From positions 480,001-544,000 of the forward strand of contig CAWDRG010000009.1 of NCBI GenBank assembly GCA_963804645.1: DNA of 64,000 nt. The letters run 5' to 3'. Below are positions 38,071 through 47,934 of the stretch, piece by piece (position 1 is the first letter of the stretch; each line of letters begins with the position of its first letter). Origin of the DNA: an uncultured Bacillota bacterium (GTDB taxonomy: Bacteria > Sysuimicrobiota > Sysuimicrobiia > Sysuimicrobiales > Segetimicrobiaceae). The notes under the pieces were generated by a model. That model was not told the origin of the DNA, did not search any database, and saw only the letters and a program-made list of their open reading frames with translations. The translations under genes were made by a program, and so were the position numbers.

Positions 38071-38970
38071 CTACCACCGGCCGCCGGGTTGTTCGTAGTG
38101 CACCCAGCGTCGAGCCAAGACGAAGTTCAGCAGTGTGAGCAGGAGAATCACAATGAAGAGACCCCACGCCAGCGCCGACGCATACCCCATGTTGAAGAAC
38201 TCGAATGCCTCGTTGAAGATGTACATGACGTAGAACAGCAGGGACCCCCCCGGATCGCCGGATCCGCCCGAGAGCACGTACGGCTGCGTAAACGCCTGGA
38301 AGGCGGCGATCATGCCGATGATCAGGTTGAAAAAAATCGTGGGGGTGATCATGGGCACGGTCACGTGGCGGAACTGGGCCAGCGTGCCGGCGCCGTCCAC
38401 CCGCGCCGCGTCGTAGAGGCCCTGAGGGACGTCCTGGAGCCCGGCGAGGAAGATGACCATGGGCTGTCCCATCATCCAGACGCTCAGAAACACGAGCGTG
38501 GTCTTGGTCCACGCCGGGTCGGTGAGCCAGTACGGCTGGGGCAGATGGACCAGGGCGAGCACGTGGTTCACGAGGCCGAAGTCGTGGTTGAAGATGAACA
38601 TCCAGACGACGGTCGCGGCCACCGTGGGCATTACGCTCGGGAGGTAGAACACGGTGCGGTAGACCTTCATGCCCCGCACCTTCTGGTTCAGCAGCAGTGC
38701 CACGAGCAGCGCCGCGGCCAGCTGCAGGGGCACCGACACCACGGTATAGAGCCCCGTGTTGTACAGTGCCTGGTAGAATGCCGGGTCCCGAAACATGTGC
38801 GTGAAGTTGGACGGCCCCACCCACATGGGGCGGGTGATCATGTCCCACTTGGTGAACGCGATGACCAGAGAGGCGATCATCGGGCCGCCGTAGAGGAAGA
38901 TGATCCCCAGCGCCCAGGGCACGAGGAACAGATAGGCCCAGAGCCAGTCGCGCTGGCGCTGACGCGTCAT
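38071..38970 (-). CDS. Carbohydrate ABC transporter permease
   Basis: LYDAARVDGA EAA motif; multiple TM segments. Confidence 0.93.
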   Translation of the reverse strand: MTRQRQRDWLWAYLFLVPWALGIIFLYGGPMIASLVIAFTKWDMITRPMWVGPSNFTHMFRDPAFYQALYNTGLYTVVSVPLQLAAALLVALLLNQKVRGMKVYRTVFYLPSVMPTVAATVVWMFIFNHDFGLVNHVLALVHLPQPYWLTDPAWTKTTLVFLSVWMMGQPMVIFLAGLQDVPQGLYDAARVDGAGTLAQFRHVTVPMITPTIFFNLIIGMIAAFQAFTQPYVLSGGSGDPGGSLLFYVMYIFNEAFEFFNMGYASALAWGLFIVILLLTLLNFVLARRWVHYEQPGGRW

Positions 38971-39060
38971 TCCGCCCGCGGCGTTCGCGTCCCGTGTCGG
39001 ATGAGGCACCCGGGTGCCACAGGCAGGGCGCTCACCGCTACTGCCCGCGGCACCATCCGT

Positions 39061-40377
39061 CTAACTGGCCTGCGGCAGCGCCCTGATCAGGTCATTCACG
39101 GTGCCGGCGACCGCATCGAGCGACGCCTTGGGGTCCATCTTCTGCGGGCCCCAGACGTTCGTCAGGGCCGAGATGAGGGTGCTGTGCACCCCGACCCAGT
39201 TGCCGGCCACAGGCTCAGGCCGGCCGTACCCGAAGGCGTCCCGAATGACTTGGACGTTCCTGGGTACCAGGACCTTGCCACTCAGCTTGGTCAAGACGTC
39301 ATTAAAGTTGTTCTTGCGCGTCGGCATGATGATGCCGTTGTCGACGTACGCGTTGAAGGCGTCAGGGCCGGCCAGGAACTTGAGCAGCTCCCAGGACTCG
39401 TCCGGATTTTTCGTGGCCTTCAACATTGCGTGTCCGGCGGAGGCGACCCGGGTTACCTTCTTGCCATCGGTCGGCATGGGCGCGACATCCCAGTCGAACT
39501 TGGCGTCCTTCAGAGCGATGAAGGCCGTGTAGAACGGCTCGAAGCCCGCCTTCCCCGCGGCCATGTAGTCGCCGAAGGTCTTGACGTTATCGAGGCTGGG
39601 ATGGATCTTGTCCGTCCAGATCACGTCCTGGATGAACTGCGCCGCGTCGACACCGGGCTTCGCGTTCGCCGTGTATTGCGTGCGATCCGCGTTCAGCAAA
39701 TCGCCGCCGTTCTGCCACGTCTTGACGGTGAACGCGAAGATGTCGGTGGTCATGCCGTACAGCCCGTAGACCTGGTCGGCGCCGGAGCCCTTGGTCATGG
39801 CCTTCGCCATCGTCACCAGGTCCTCCCACTTCCAGCCGGGTTTCGGATCGGGCAGGCCGGCGGCCTTCAGCAGGGTGCGGTTGAAGATCATGACAAACGC
39901 CGTCGTCTCCCGGGGCAGGCCGTAGACCTGGCCCTTGAGGGTAAAGTCCTGGACGGCGGGCGCCAGGTAGTCTCCCAGATCAAAGTTATCCTTCTTGATG
40001 AACGGACCCAGCTCCATGAAGGCGCCCCGCGCAACCAGGCCCGGGGTGATGTACGTGTGGTTCCACATCACGTCCGGCGGGATGCCGCCCGCCAGCATCG
40101 TCAGCACCTTCTGCTGCTGATCGACGGCGTTGCCGTTCGGGATCCACGTCACGGCGATGTCGATGTTGGGGTTTCTCGCCTTGAACATGGTGAAGAGTTG
40201 ATCGTACATCGCGCGTTCCGTGTCGCTGCCGCGGCCCAGGTAGTTGAGCGTGACCTTGCCGCTGGGCGCGGCGAAACTCTTGGAGCCACCCGCCAGCACG
40301 CCGCCGAGGGCCGTCATGCCGACCCCTGCCGCGACCGCGCCGCCGAGCAACGTTCGCCGGCTGACTCGCCGTCTCAC
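39061..40377 (-). CDS. Carbohydrate ABC transporter substrate-binding protein, Tat-type signal
   Basis: SRRTLL twin-arginine leader, PPDV, YGLP, FNRTLLKAAGL, WKWED. Confidence 0.9.
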   Translation of the reverse strand: MRRRVSRRTLLGGAVAAGVGMTALGGVLAGGSKSFAAPSGKVTLNYLGRGSDTERAMYDQLFTMFKARNPNIDIAVTWIPNGNAVDQQQKVLTMLAGGIPPDVMWNHTYITPGLVARGAFMELGPFIKKDNFDLGDYLAPAVQDFTLKGQVYGLPRETTAFVMIFNRTLLKAAGLPDPKPGWKWEDLVTMAKAMTKGSGADQVYGLYGMTTDIFAFTVKTWQNGGDLLNADRTQYTANAKPGVDAAQFIQDVIWTDKIHPSLDNVKTFGDYMAAGKAGFEPFYTAFIALKDAKFDWDVAPMPTDGKKVTRVASAGHAMLKATKNPDESWELLKFLAGPDAFNAYVDNGIIMPTRKNNFNDVLTKLSGKVLVPRNVQVIRDAFGYGRPEPVAGNWVGVHSTLISALTNVWGPQKMDPKASLDAVAGTVNDLIRALPQAS

Positions 40378-40577
40378 GGTGTGTCCCCCCTCTCTTGCTC
40401 GCAGAGACTTCCCTGCACCGAATCTCTGCACGAGCTTCACGCCACGCCTCTGGCGCCGAGCACGCCAGCCGCCCGATCCAGAAGGACGGCGGTCGTTTCC
40501 ACCAGGGCCGGCGGTCCTCGGACGGGGCGCGCCGGCTCGGCGCGGGGCAGATCTCGCGGCATCCCTGTGGGCACGAG

Positions 40578-41429
40578 TTACTTGCCTCCGAGGCCGCTGA
40601 ACTGCAGTCCTTCGATGAAGTAGCGTTGGGCGGCAAAAAAGACCACCAGCACCGGCACGAGCATCAGGAAGGACGCCGCGAGAAGCAGGTTCCAGCGGGT
40701 GGCGTACTGCCCGACGAAGTTGTAGAGCCCGAGGGCCAAGGTGTACTTCTTGGCATCCGTCAGGTAGATCAGGGGCGTCAGAAAGTCGTTCCAGTGCGTG
40801 ACGAAGGAGAACATCACGATCGTCGCCACGGCCGGTGCGCTCAAGGGCAGCAGGACGCGCGACAGGATCTGCAGATGGTTGGCCCCGTCGATGCGCGCCG
40901 CTTCATCCAGTTCGTAGGGGACGGACATGAAGAACTGCCGCAGCAGGAAGATGTTGAAGGCGCCGCCCCCAAGCCACGTGGGAATGATCAAGGGCAGGAA
41001 CGTGTTGATCCAGCCCATGTAGCGAAACTCGATGAATCGGGGGATCAGCGTCACTGCATCCGGAAGCATCACCGTGGAGATGACCAGCAGAAACAGAGCG
41101 TCGCGGCCGGGGAACCGTATCCGCGCGAACGCGTAGGCGGCCATCGGCGCGGTCAGCAGGGCGCCAGCGGCCGCGCCGACGAAAATCGTCAGGGTATTGA
41201 GGAGATAGCGGGCGAACGGAGCGGCAGTGACCGCCTCGACATAGTTCTCCCACCGGAACGTCCTCGGGATGATCTCCGGCGGAAACGCGAACTCCTGTCC
41301 CGCGGGCTTGAGGGACGCCGTCAGCAGCAGCAGCAGGGGAATCAGGTTGATGCACGCGCCCGCGAGCAGGGCCAGCCCCACGAGGGACCGGAGCCACATA
41401 CGGCGAGATAGTCCGGCGCGCAGCTTCAT
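40578..41429 (-). CDS. Carbohydrate ABC transporter permease
   Basis: AYAFARIRFPGR, ELDEAARIDGA, WNDF..PLIY. Confidence 0.93.
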   Translation of the reverse strand: MKLRAGLSRRMWLRSLVGLALLAGACINLIPLLLLLTASLKPAGQEFAFPPEIIPRTFRWENYVEAVTAAPFARYLLNTLTIFVGAAAGALLTAPMAAYAFARIRFPGRDALFLLVISTVMLPDAVTLIPRFIEFRYMGWINTFLPLIIPTWLGGGAFNIFLLRQFFMSVPYELDEAARIDGANHLQILSRVLLPLSAPAVATIVMFSFVTHWNDFLTPLIYLTDAKKYTLALGLYNFVGQYATRWNLLLAASFLMLVPVLVVFFAAQRYFIEGLQFSGLGGK

Positions 41430-41786
41430 ATCAGTCCCGCCCACGGCAACCGGTGCACGGGCCGCCGCGCTGGACGGCGGGCCGGAGTCGGCTCCACGAG
41501 GTGCCCTGCCAGACACTCGCGAACACCCGGCACACACTGTGCCAGCTCGCACCGCTCGCGCGGAGCACGACGGAGCCCGGACCAATTGCCCGGCACACTC
41601 ATTATACGCTCGCGCGCGCCGCGAATCCTGTGGACGCGGCCGCGTCTTCATGCGGCGCACACGGCTGCGCGCGACCGCACGCGCCCTGCGCGAGCCGAAC
41701 AGGGACCTGCGGATCGCGGGGCGAACCGTCCGAGCCGTCGCGTCAGCGAGCGTGTCAGGCGACGACCGTGCACTCCGGAGGAACCG

Positions 41787-42821
41787 ATGAGCAGGGCACC
41801 GGTTGGGATCGGCGTCGTCGGCATGGGACTGATGGGGCGGGCATTCGCGCAGATCTGCACCGAGATCGCCGAGACGCAGCTCGTGGGCGTCGCCGACACG
41901 AGCGAGCGCTCCGCCAGGGCCGCCGCGGAGCAGTTCGGCGTCCCCTCGTACCCGGCGGCCGGTGACTTGATTGACCGGGCCGAGGTGCAGGCGGTCATCG
42001 TCGCGACTCCCGAAGACGCCCACGTGGAGCCCTGCGTGCTGGCGCTCGAACGCGGCAAGGGCGTACTCGTGGAAAAGCCGATCGCCGACTCGGCGGCGCA
42101 TGGCCAGATCATCGCGGCCGCCGCCGAGCGGAGCGGCGCGGTGCTGCTCGTCGGGCACGTGCTGCGGTTTCACCCGCATTTCGTCTTGGCCAAACAGGCG
42201 GTCGACGAGGGTGCCGTGGGGAGGGTGCGCCATCTCCACCTGCGTCGGCTCGCCAGCATCCGGGCGCAGGAGCGGCTGCGGGGCCGGTGTTCGCTGCCCG
42301 TCTTTCTCGGCGTCCACGACTACGACGTCGCGCGCTGGTTTGCGGCGAGCGAGCCGGTCCGCATCTACGCGGAGTCCCAGCGCGGCGTGCTCCGCGCACT
42401 CGGGTACGACGTGGAAGACGTCACGTGGGCGCTGGTCACGTTCGAGAACGGCGTGCTCGCGGCGTGTGAGACGGGATGGATCCTGCCCGGCGGTCACCCG
42501 GGCGGGTCCGATGGGCGCATCGCAGTGCAGGGGACCGAGGGTCGGCTCGATGTCGAGGTGATGCACCAGGGCATCATGCTGTCCGGACCCGATCGATCCA
42601 GCTTCCTCGACACGCTCTTTCTGCCCCGTGTCCGGGGGGAGCTGCGGTCGATCTTCGTCGATGAACTGCGCCATTTCTCGCGGTGCCTCAACGGGGACGC
42701 CGCGCCGCTCGTCACGGCCCGGGATGCGATCGCGGCCGTGCGGATGGCGGAGGCCGTGATCGAGTCCGCCCGGACCCACCAGCCGGTCACGATGGGACCA
42801 CTGCGGGTTGAGGGATCGTGA
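41787..42821 (+). CDS. Gfo/Idh/MocA family oxidoreductase
   Basis: GMGLMG, ATPEDAH, VEKP, GVHDYD. Confidence 0.9.
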   Translation: MSRAPVGIGVVGMGLMGRAFAQICTEIAETQLVGVADTSERSARAAAEQFGVPSYPAAGDLIDRAEVQAVIVATPEDAHVEPCVLALERGKGVLVEKPIADSAAHGQIIAAAAERSGAVLLVGHVLRFHPHFVLAKQAVDEGAVGRVRHLHLRRLASIRAQERLRGRCSLPVFLGVHDYDVARWFAASEPVRIYAESQRGVLRALGYDVEDVTWALVTFENGVLAACETGWILPGGHPGGSDGRIAVQGTEGRLDVEVMHQGIMLSGPDRSSFLDTLFLPRVRGELRSIFVDELRHFSRCLNGDAAPLVTARDAIAAVRMAEAVIESARTHQPVTMGPLRVEGS

Positions 42822-42855
42822 TCGGCGCGGAGGTCGCGGGTGGGGGGGGCCCCGG

Positions 42856-44649
42856 ATGTCCGCGGTGACACCGCCCGATCCCGTCCAATTCGAGGTCGTG
42901 CGCAACGCGCTGGGTGAGGCCACCGAGGAGATGGCGCTCGCGCTCCGGCGCAGCGCGTACTCGACCAACATCAAGACGCGCCACGATTTCTCCTGCGCGT
43001 TCTTCGACCGGGATCTGCGGGTCGCGGCACAGGCGTTCTCGCAGCCCGTGCATCTGGGCTCGCTCGTCGAGCTGGTGCCGCGGGCCGTGCGGACGTACGG
43101 CCCGGCCCGGCTGCGCGCGGGCGACATGCTCGTCGCCAACGACCCGTACGACGGCGGCGTGCACCTGAACGACATCACGGTGATCGCCCCGGTGTTCTGT
43201 CAGGGGACACTGTTCGGTTATGTCGCAAACCTTGCGCACCACGTGGACGTCGGCGGCGGGGCGCCGGCGAGCGTCGGCGCGTTTCGCGAGGTGTTTCAGG
43301 AAGGCGTCATCATCCCCGCTGTCCGATTGGTCGAGGACGAGATCATCATCGACGACGTGTTCCGCCTGATCTTGGCGCAGATCCGGAGCAAGCGCGAGAC
43401 TGCCGGCGATCTCCGAGCCCAGGTGGCGGCAAACGTGACCGGTCGGCGGCGCCTCGCAGCGCTGGTCGATCGCGTCGGGCTCGGCGCCGTGGAGGCGATC
43501 ATCGACGCGCTGCTCGACTACACGGGGCGCCGGACTCGGCTCGACCTCGCCCGGCTGCCTCGCGGGGCGTTTTCGGCCGACGGGTACGTCGACAGCGACG
43601 GCTTCACCGATCAACGCGTCCGGCTGAGCGCGCGCGTGGAGATCGGCGAGGACGGCGTGACGTTTGACTTGACGGGATCGGATCCGCAGCGCCGGGCTCC
43701 GGTGAACTCGACGTTTGCGCAGACGTTCTCGGCGTGCGCGTACGCGCTGAAGTGTCTCGTGGACCAGGACATTCCCGTGAACCAGGGGTTCTACGACCTA
43801 GTGCGCGTGCACGCGCCCCTCGGCACCGTGGTCAACTGCCGGCCGCCCGCACCCGTCGTCGGCGGATGGGAGACCCAGACGCGGCTGGTGGACACGATCT
43901 TCAAGGCCCTCGCCCCCGCGCTGCCCGACCGGGTGCCGGCGGGCACAAAGGCGATGATGTGCCACGCCGGATTTGGCGGCGTGGATCCCGCGAGCGGCGA
44001 GTATCGCTGCTTCCTCGAGACGCTGGCGGGGGGATACGGCGCGCGGGCGTTCAGCGACGGTCCCGACGCGGTGCAAACGCACGGACAGAACACCGAGAAC
44101 GCGCCGGTCGAGGAGACGGAGGCCAACTATCCGGTCCGGATCGTCCGGTATGAGCTCGTGAACGATTCCGAGGGCGCGGGGCGTTTCCGCGGCGGGCTGG
44201 GGTTGCGCCGTGACTATCTGTTTGCGGAGTACCCGGTGACGTTTACCGTGCTGGCGGACCGCGATCGCGAGGGGCCGGGGGGCTTGTTCGGAGGCCGCGC
44301 GGCGCCGCCGGCCGAATACGTCCTCAATCCGGCCGTCGAGGCGAGGCGGCTGGGCTCGAAGACGACCGTCGAGCTCGAGCGTGGCGACGTCGTCAGCTAC
44401 CGCACCTGCGGCGGAGGCGGCTACGGCGCGCCGTTCGAGCGCGATCCGGAGAGGGTCCTCCGGGACGTCCGCGAGGGCAAGGTGAGCCTCGCCCGCGCGC
44501 GCGACGTGTACGGCGTGGCCATCGACGCCTCGGGCTGGCGCGTGGACGCCGAAGAGACCGAACCGGCTGCGGTCGCAACACACACCGGAGGGCTAGCGTG
44601 TCCGTCTACCGGCTGGGCGTCGACATCGGAGGCACGTTCACCGATGTGA
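42856..44649 (+). CDS. Hydantoinase B/oxoprolinase family protein, copy 1 (true stop probably 44596)
   Basis: RSAYSTNIK..HDFSCA, PVHLGS, NDPY.GGVHLND, HHVDVGG, GGGGYG. Confidence 0.92.
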   Translation: MSAVTPPDPVQFEVVRNALGEATEEMALALRRSAYSTNIKTRHDFSCAFFDRDLRVAAQAFSQPVHLGSLVELVPRAVRTYGPARLRAGDMLVANDPYDGGVHLNDITVIAPVFCQGTLFGYVANLAHHVDVGGGAPASVGAFREVFQEGVIIPAVRLVEDEIIIDDVFRLILAQIRSKRETAGDLRAQVAANVTGRRRLAALVDRVGLGAVEAIIDALLDYTGRRTRLDLARLPRGAFSADGYVDSDGFTDQRVRLSARVEIGEDGVTFDLTGSDPQRRAPVNSTFAQTFSACAYALKCLVDQDIPVNQGFYDLVRVHAPLGTVVNCRPPAPVVGGWETQTRLVDTIFKALAPALPDRVPAGTKAMMCHAGFGGVDPASGEYRCFLETLAGGYGARAFSDGPDAVQTHGQNTENAPVEETEANYPVRIVRYELVNDSEGAGRFRGGLGLRRDYLFAEYPVTFTVLADRDREGPGGLFGGRAAPPAEYVLNPAVEARRLGSKTTVELERGDVVSYRTCGGGGYGAPFERDPERVLRDVREGKVSLARARDVYGVAIDASGWRVDAEETEPAAVATHTGGLACPSTGWASTSEARSPM

Positions 44650-46712
44650 TTCTCGTCGATGAGGAGTCGGGCGCAGTCCACATCGACAAGGTGCTCACGA
44701 CCCCGCGGGATCCTTCGATCGCGTTTCTCGACGGGGTCGAGCGCGTGCTGCGTCGGGCCGGTGCCGCGCCCGCCCGCGTGCGCTACGTCGTGCACGCCAC
44801 CACGGTGGCGACCAACGCCATCATCGAGGGCAAGGCGGCGCGCACGGCGTTTGTGACCACCGACGGATTCCGCGACATGCTGGAAATCGCCCGCCAGGTG
44901 CGGCCGTCGCTGTACGATCTGCGCTTCGAAAAGCCCCGCCCGCTCGTGCCGAGGCAGTACTGCTACGGGGTGCCGGAGCGGCTCGACGCGCGCGGGCAGG
45001 TCCTCGTGCCGCTGGACGAAGCCGCCGTGCGCCGTGTCGCGGACGAGATCGCTCGCGAGCGGATGGAGGCCGTGGCGGTCTGCTTCCTCCACGCCTACGC
45101 GAACCCGGCGCACGAGCAGCTCGCCGGACGGATTCTGCGCGACGCGCTCCCCGGAACGGTCGTCTCGCTGTCGTCAGAGGTCGCCCCGGAGTTTCGCGAG
45201 TACTTCCGTGCGAGCACCACAGTCATCAACGCCTCGATCCAGCCGATCGTCTCGCGCTACCTCGCGCACATCGAGGCCCGGCTGCGTGCGATCGGCGCGT
45301 CGGCCGAGCTGCTGGTCATGCAGAGCAACGGCGGCGTGTTTTCGTTCGCCGCCGCGCGCGAGAAACCGGTCTTCATGGTGGAGTCGGGGCCGGCCGCCGG
45401 CGTGATCGCGGCCACGCACCTCGGTGCGACCCTCGGCTACCCGAACGCGATCTCGTTCGACATGGGAGGCACGACTACCAAGGCCGGACTGATCCTCGAC
45501 GGGACGCCCCGGGCGACCAAAGAGTACGAAGTGGGGACGGCCGCGCACGCCGGCGTTGGAGGCCAGCGCGGGAGCGGGTATCCGATCCGAACGCCGGTGA
45601 TCGACCTGGTCGAGATCGGCGCCGGGGGCGGGTCGATCGCCTGGATCGATTCGGGCGGCGGTCTGCGCGTGGGACCGACGAGCGCGGGCGCCGATCCCGG
45701 GCCCGCCTGCTACGGGCGGGGCGGAATCGAGCCGACCATCACCGACGCGAACCTCGTCCTGGGGCGTCTGAATCCGGACTACTTCCTCGGCGGCGAGCTA
45801 CGGCTCGACGTCGAGCGTGCGAGGGGGGCGATCGCGGAGCGGTGCGCGGCTCCGCTCGGCATCGACGTCGTCGCCGCCGCGCACGGCATCGTCGAGATCG
45901 CGAACGCGGCGATGGTCAACGCCCTGCGCCTCGTGTCGGTGCAGCGGGGGTACGATCCGAGGGAGTTTGCGCTGATCGCGTTCGGCGGCGCGGGGCCCGT
46001 GCACGCGAACCGGCTGATCGCCGAGACCCAGATTCGGACCGCGCTGATTCCGACGAGCCCGGGCACCGCCTCCGCGATGGGACTGCTCGTCAGCGATCTC
46101 CGGCACGAGTACTCGGTGACGATGATCGAGCGACTCGATCGCGCCGAGGTCGGGGTGCTGGAGCAGGCGTTTCAGACGTTGGAGGCGGAGGGACGGCGCG
46201 CCCTCGCGCGCGAGGGGAGCCGCCCCGACGACGTGTCGGTCGTGCGCCAGATGGATCTGCGGTACGTCGGGCAGGGCTACGAGCTCACCGTCGCGGTCCC
46301 CGCGGCGCCGCTGGATTCCGAGGCGCGGGCCGGTCTGATCGCGCGGTTTCATGACGAGCACGGCCGAGCCTACGGCTACAGCGCGCCGGTGGAGCCCGTC
46401 GAGCTCGTCAACGTGCGGGTGACCGTGATCGGCGCGATTGCGAAGCCGGCGCTCCGGCGAGGGACGGTGCGCGGGCGAGGCCCGGCCGGCGCGCCGGTTT
46501 CGCGTCCGGTGTACTTTCAGGAGTGCGGCGGCTACGTCGACTGCCCGGTGTACGACCGATATCATCTGGCCGCCGAGATGGTCGTCCGCGGTCCCGCCAT
46601 CATCGAAGAGTTCGACTCGAGTACGGTCGTGCATCCTGGCTATCACGCGCGCGCCGACGCGTTTGGGACCCTGCACCTGAGCGCCGCCGATGCGCCGGCG
46701 CAGACGCGATGA
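44598..46712 (+). CDS. Hydantoinase A/oxoprolinase family protein
   Basis: GVDIGGTFTD, HATTVATNA, SGPAAG, DMGGTT, GAGGGSIA, SAGADPGPACY. Confidence 0.95.
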   Translation: MSVYRLGVDIGGTFTDVILVDEESGAVHIDKVLTTPRDPSIAFLDGVERVLRRAGAAPARVRYVVHATTVATNAIIEGKAARTAFVTTDGFRDMLEIARQVRPSLYDLRFEKPRPLVPRQYCYGVPERLDARGQVLVPLDEAAVRRVADEIARERMEAVAVCFLHAYANPAHEQLAGRILRDALPGTVVSLSSEVAPEFREYFRASTTVINASIQPIVSRYLAHIEARLRAIGASAELLVMQSNGGVFSFAAAREKPVFMVESGPAAGVIAATHLGATLGYPNAISFDMGGTTTKAGLILDGTPRATKEYEVGTAAHAGVGGQRGSGYPIRTPVIDLVEIGAGGGSIAWIDSGGGLRVGPTSAGADPGPACYGRGGIEPTITDANLVLGRLNPDYFLGGELRLDVERARGAIAERCAAPLGIDVVAAAHGIVEIANAAMVNALRLVSVQRGYDPREFALIAFGGAGPVHANRLIAETQIRTALIPTSPGTASAMGLLVSDLRHEYSVTMIERLDRAEVGVLEQAFQTLEAEGRRALAREGSRPDDVSVVRQMDLRYVGQGYELTVAVPAAPLDSEARAGLIARFHDEHGRAYGYSAPVEPVELVNVRVTVIGAIAKPALRRGTVRGRGPAGAPVSRPVYFQECGGYVDCPVYDRYHLAAEMVVRGPAIIEEFDSSTVVHPGYHARADAFGTLHLSAADAPAQTR

Positions 46713-46782
46713 GACCGCGCGCGGGTCGCACGGCGTCCCGTCCTGATTGGGGAGCGTCGCGCACGTCCCCGCCGGGGGAGAC

Positions 46783-47928
46783 GTGAACATCGCCGTCGTC
46801 GGGGCTGGGATCTTTGGCGTCGCCGCGGCGCTCGAGCTGCGCGACCGCGCCCACGCGGTGACGCTGTTTGAACAAGGTCGCGCGCCCTACGCGCGGGCCA
46901 GTTCCACCGACACGTCCAAGACGATCAGGAGGCTATACGGGCACAACGCGACGTACGTCGACCTCGTCGAGCGCGCCGCGGTCAAGTGGCGGGACTGGGC
47001 GGCGCGTCTCGGCGAGCCGATCTATGTGCGGACGGGGCAGCTCCAGATCGAGCGGGATTTTCGCCCCGGATCCCGCATTCACGACAGCTGGGAGTTCATG
47101 AGCACGCGAGACACGACGGTGGAGATCCTCTCGATTTCAGATGCGCGGGTGCGCTTTCCCCAGTTCCTCTACCGTGATGGGGAGACGTGCCTCTACGACC
47201 CCTGGGGCGGGTACATCGCGAGCGGCGACGCGGTCGCCGGGCTGGTCCGATTGGCCCGCGAGAGCGGGGTGGCCGTCCGGGAGGACACGCCCGTCACGGA
47301 TGTCTCGGAAGACTCGACCGGAGCCCGGGTGCGCGCCGACGGCCGGGCGCTGCACTTCGACCGCGTGGTGGTGGCCGCCGGCGTGTGGATCGAGCGGTTG
47401 GTCCCGGAGGTCGGGCGGCACATTCGCCCCACCCGCCAAGAGATGGCGTTCTTCCAGCCGGACGACCCGGGCCTCCTGGCCTCGGGCGGGATGCCGGTGT
47501 GGGCCGTCAACCCCGAGACGGACGGGTGGTACGGGCACCCGCTGCGGCGGCAGGGCTGGGTCAAGGTCGCGAACGACCTCCGCGGCGACGTCGTCGATCC
47601 CGATGCTCCGCGGGTCGTCACGCCCGCGTTCCTCGACGCGGCGCGCGGCTTCCTGGCCGCGCGGATCCCGGCCCTCGCGCGCGCGACCCTCGTGGACAGC
47701 CGGATGTGCCTGTACGAGGAGACGCCCGACCGTCATTTCATCATCGACTGGGCGCCGGGCTCTCAGCGGATTCTTGTCGCCGGCGGCGGCAGCGGCCACG
47801 GCTTCAAGTTCGGCGGGTCGATCGGGGAGGTCATCGCCGACGCGCTGGAACACAAGGACGGGCGCGACGGAGCGCTCTTCCGCATCGGCCGACGGTTCGC
47901 CTCGGAGCCACATGACGGCGTGGGATGA
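46783..47928 (+). CDS. FAD-dependent oxidoreductase (sarcosine/fructosyl-amine oxidase-like)
   Basis: VVGAGIFG, SSTDTSK.IR, CLY..TPDRHFIID, GSGHGFKF. Confidence 0.88.
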   Translation: MNIAVVGAGIFGVAAALELRDRAHAVTLFEQGRAPYARASSTDTSKTIRRLYGHNATYVDLVERAAVKWRDWAARLGEPIYVRTGQLQIERDFRPGSRIHDSWEFMSTRDTTVEILSISDARVRFPQFLYRDGETCLYDPWGGYIASGDAVAGLVRLARESGVAVREDTPVTDVSEDSTGARVRADGRALHFDRVVVAAGVWIERLVPEVGRHIRPTRQEMAFFQPDDPGLLASGGMPVWAVNPETDGWYGHPLRRQGWVKVANDLRGDVVDPDAPRVVTPAFLDAARGFLAARIPALARATLVDSRMCLYEETPDRHFIIDWAPGSQRILVAGGGSGHGFKFGGSIGEVIADALEHKDGRDGALFRIGRRFASEPHDGVG

Positions 47929-47934
47929 GCGCGC

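Noticed and set aside
37783..40623. 946-aa plus-strand ORF and many other long overlapping ORFs
   Set aside because: Antisense or alternate-frame shadows of clear genes in high-GC DNA; no motifs.
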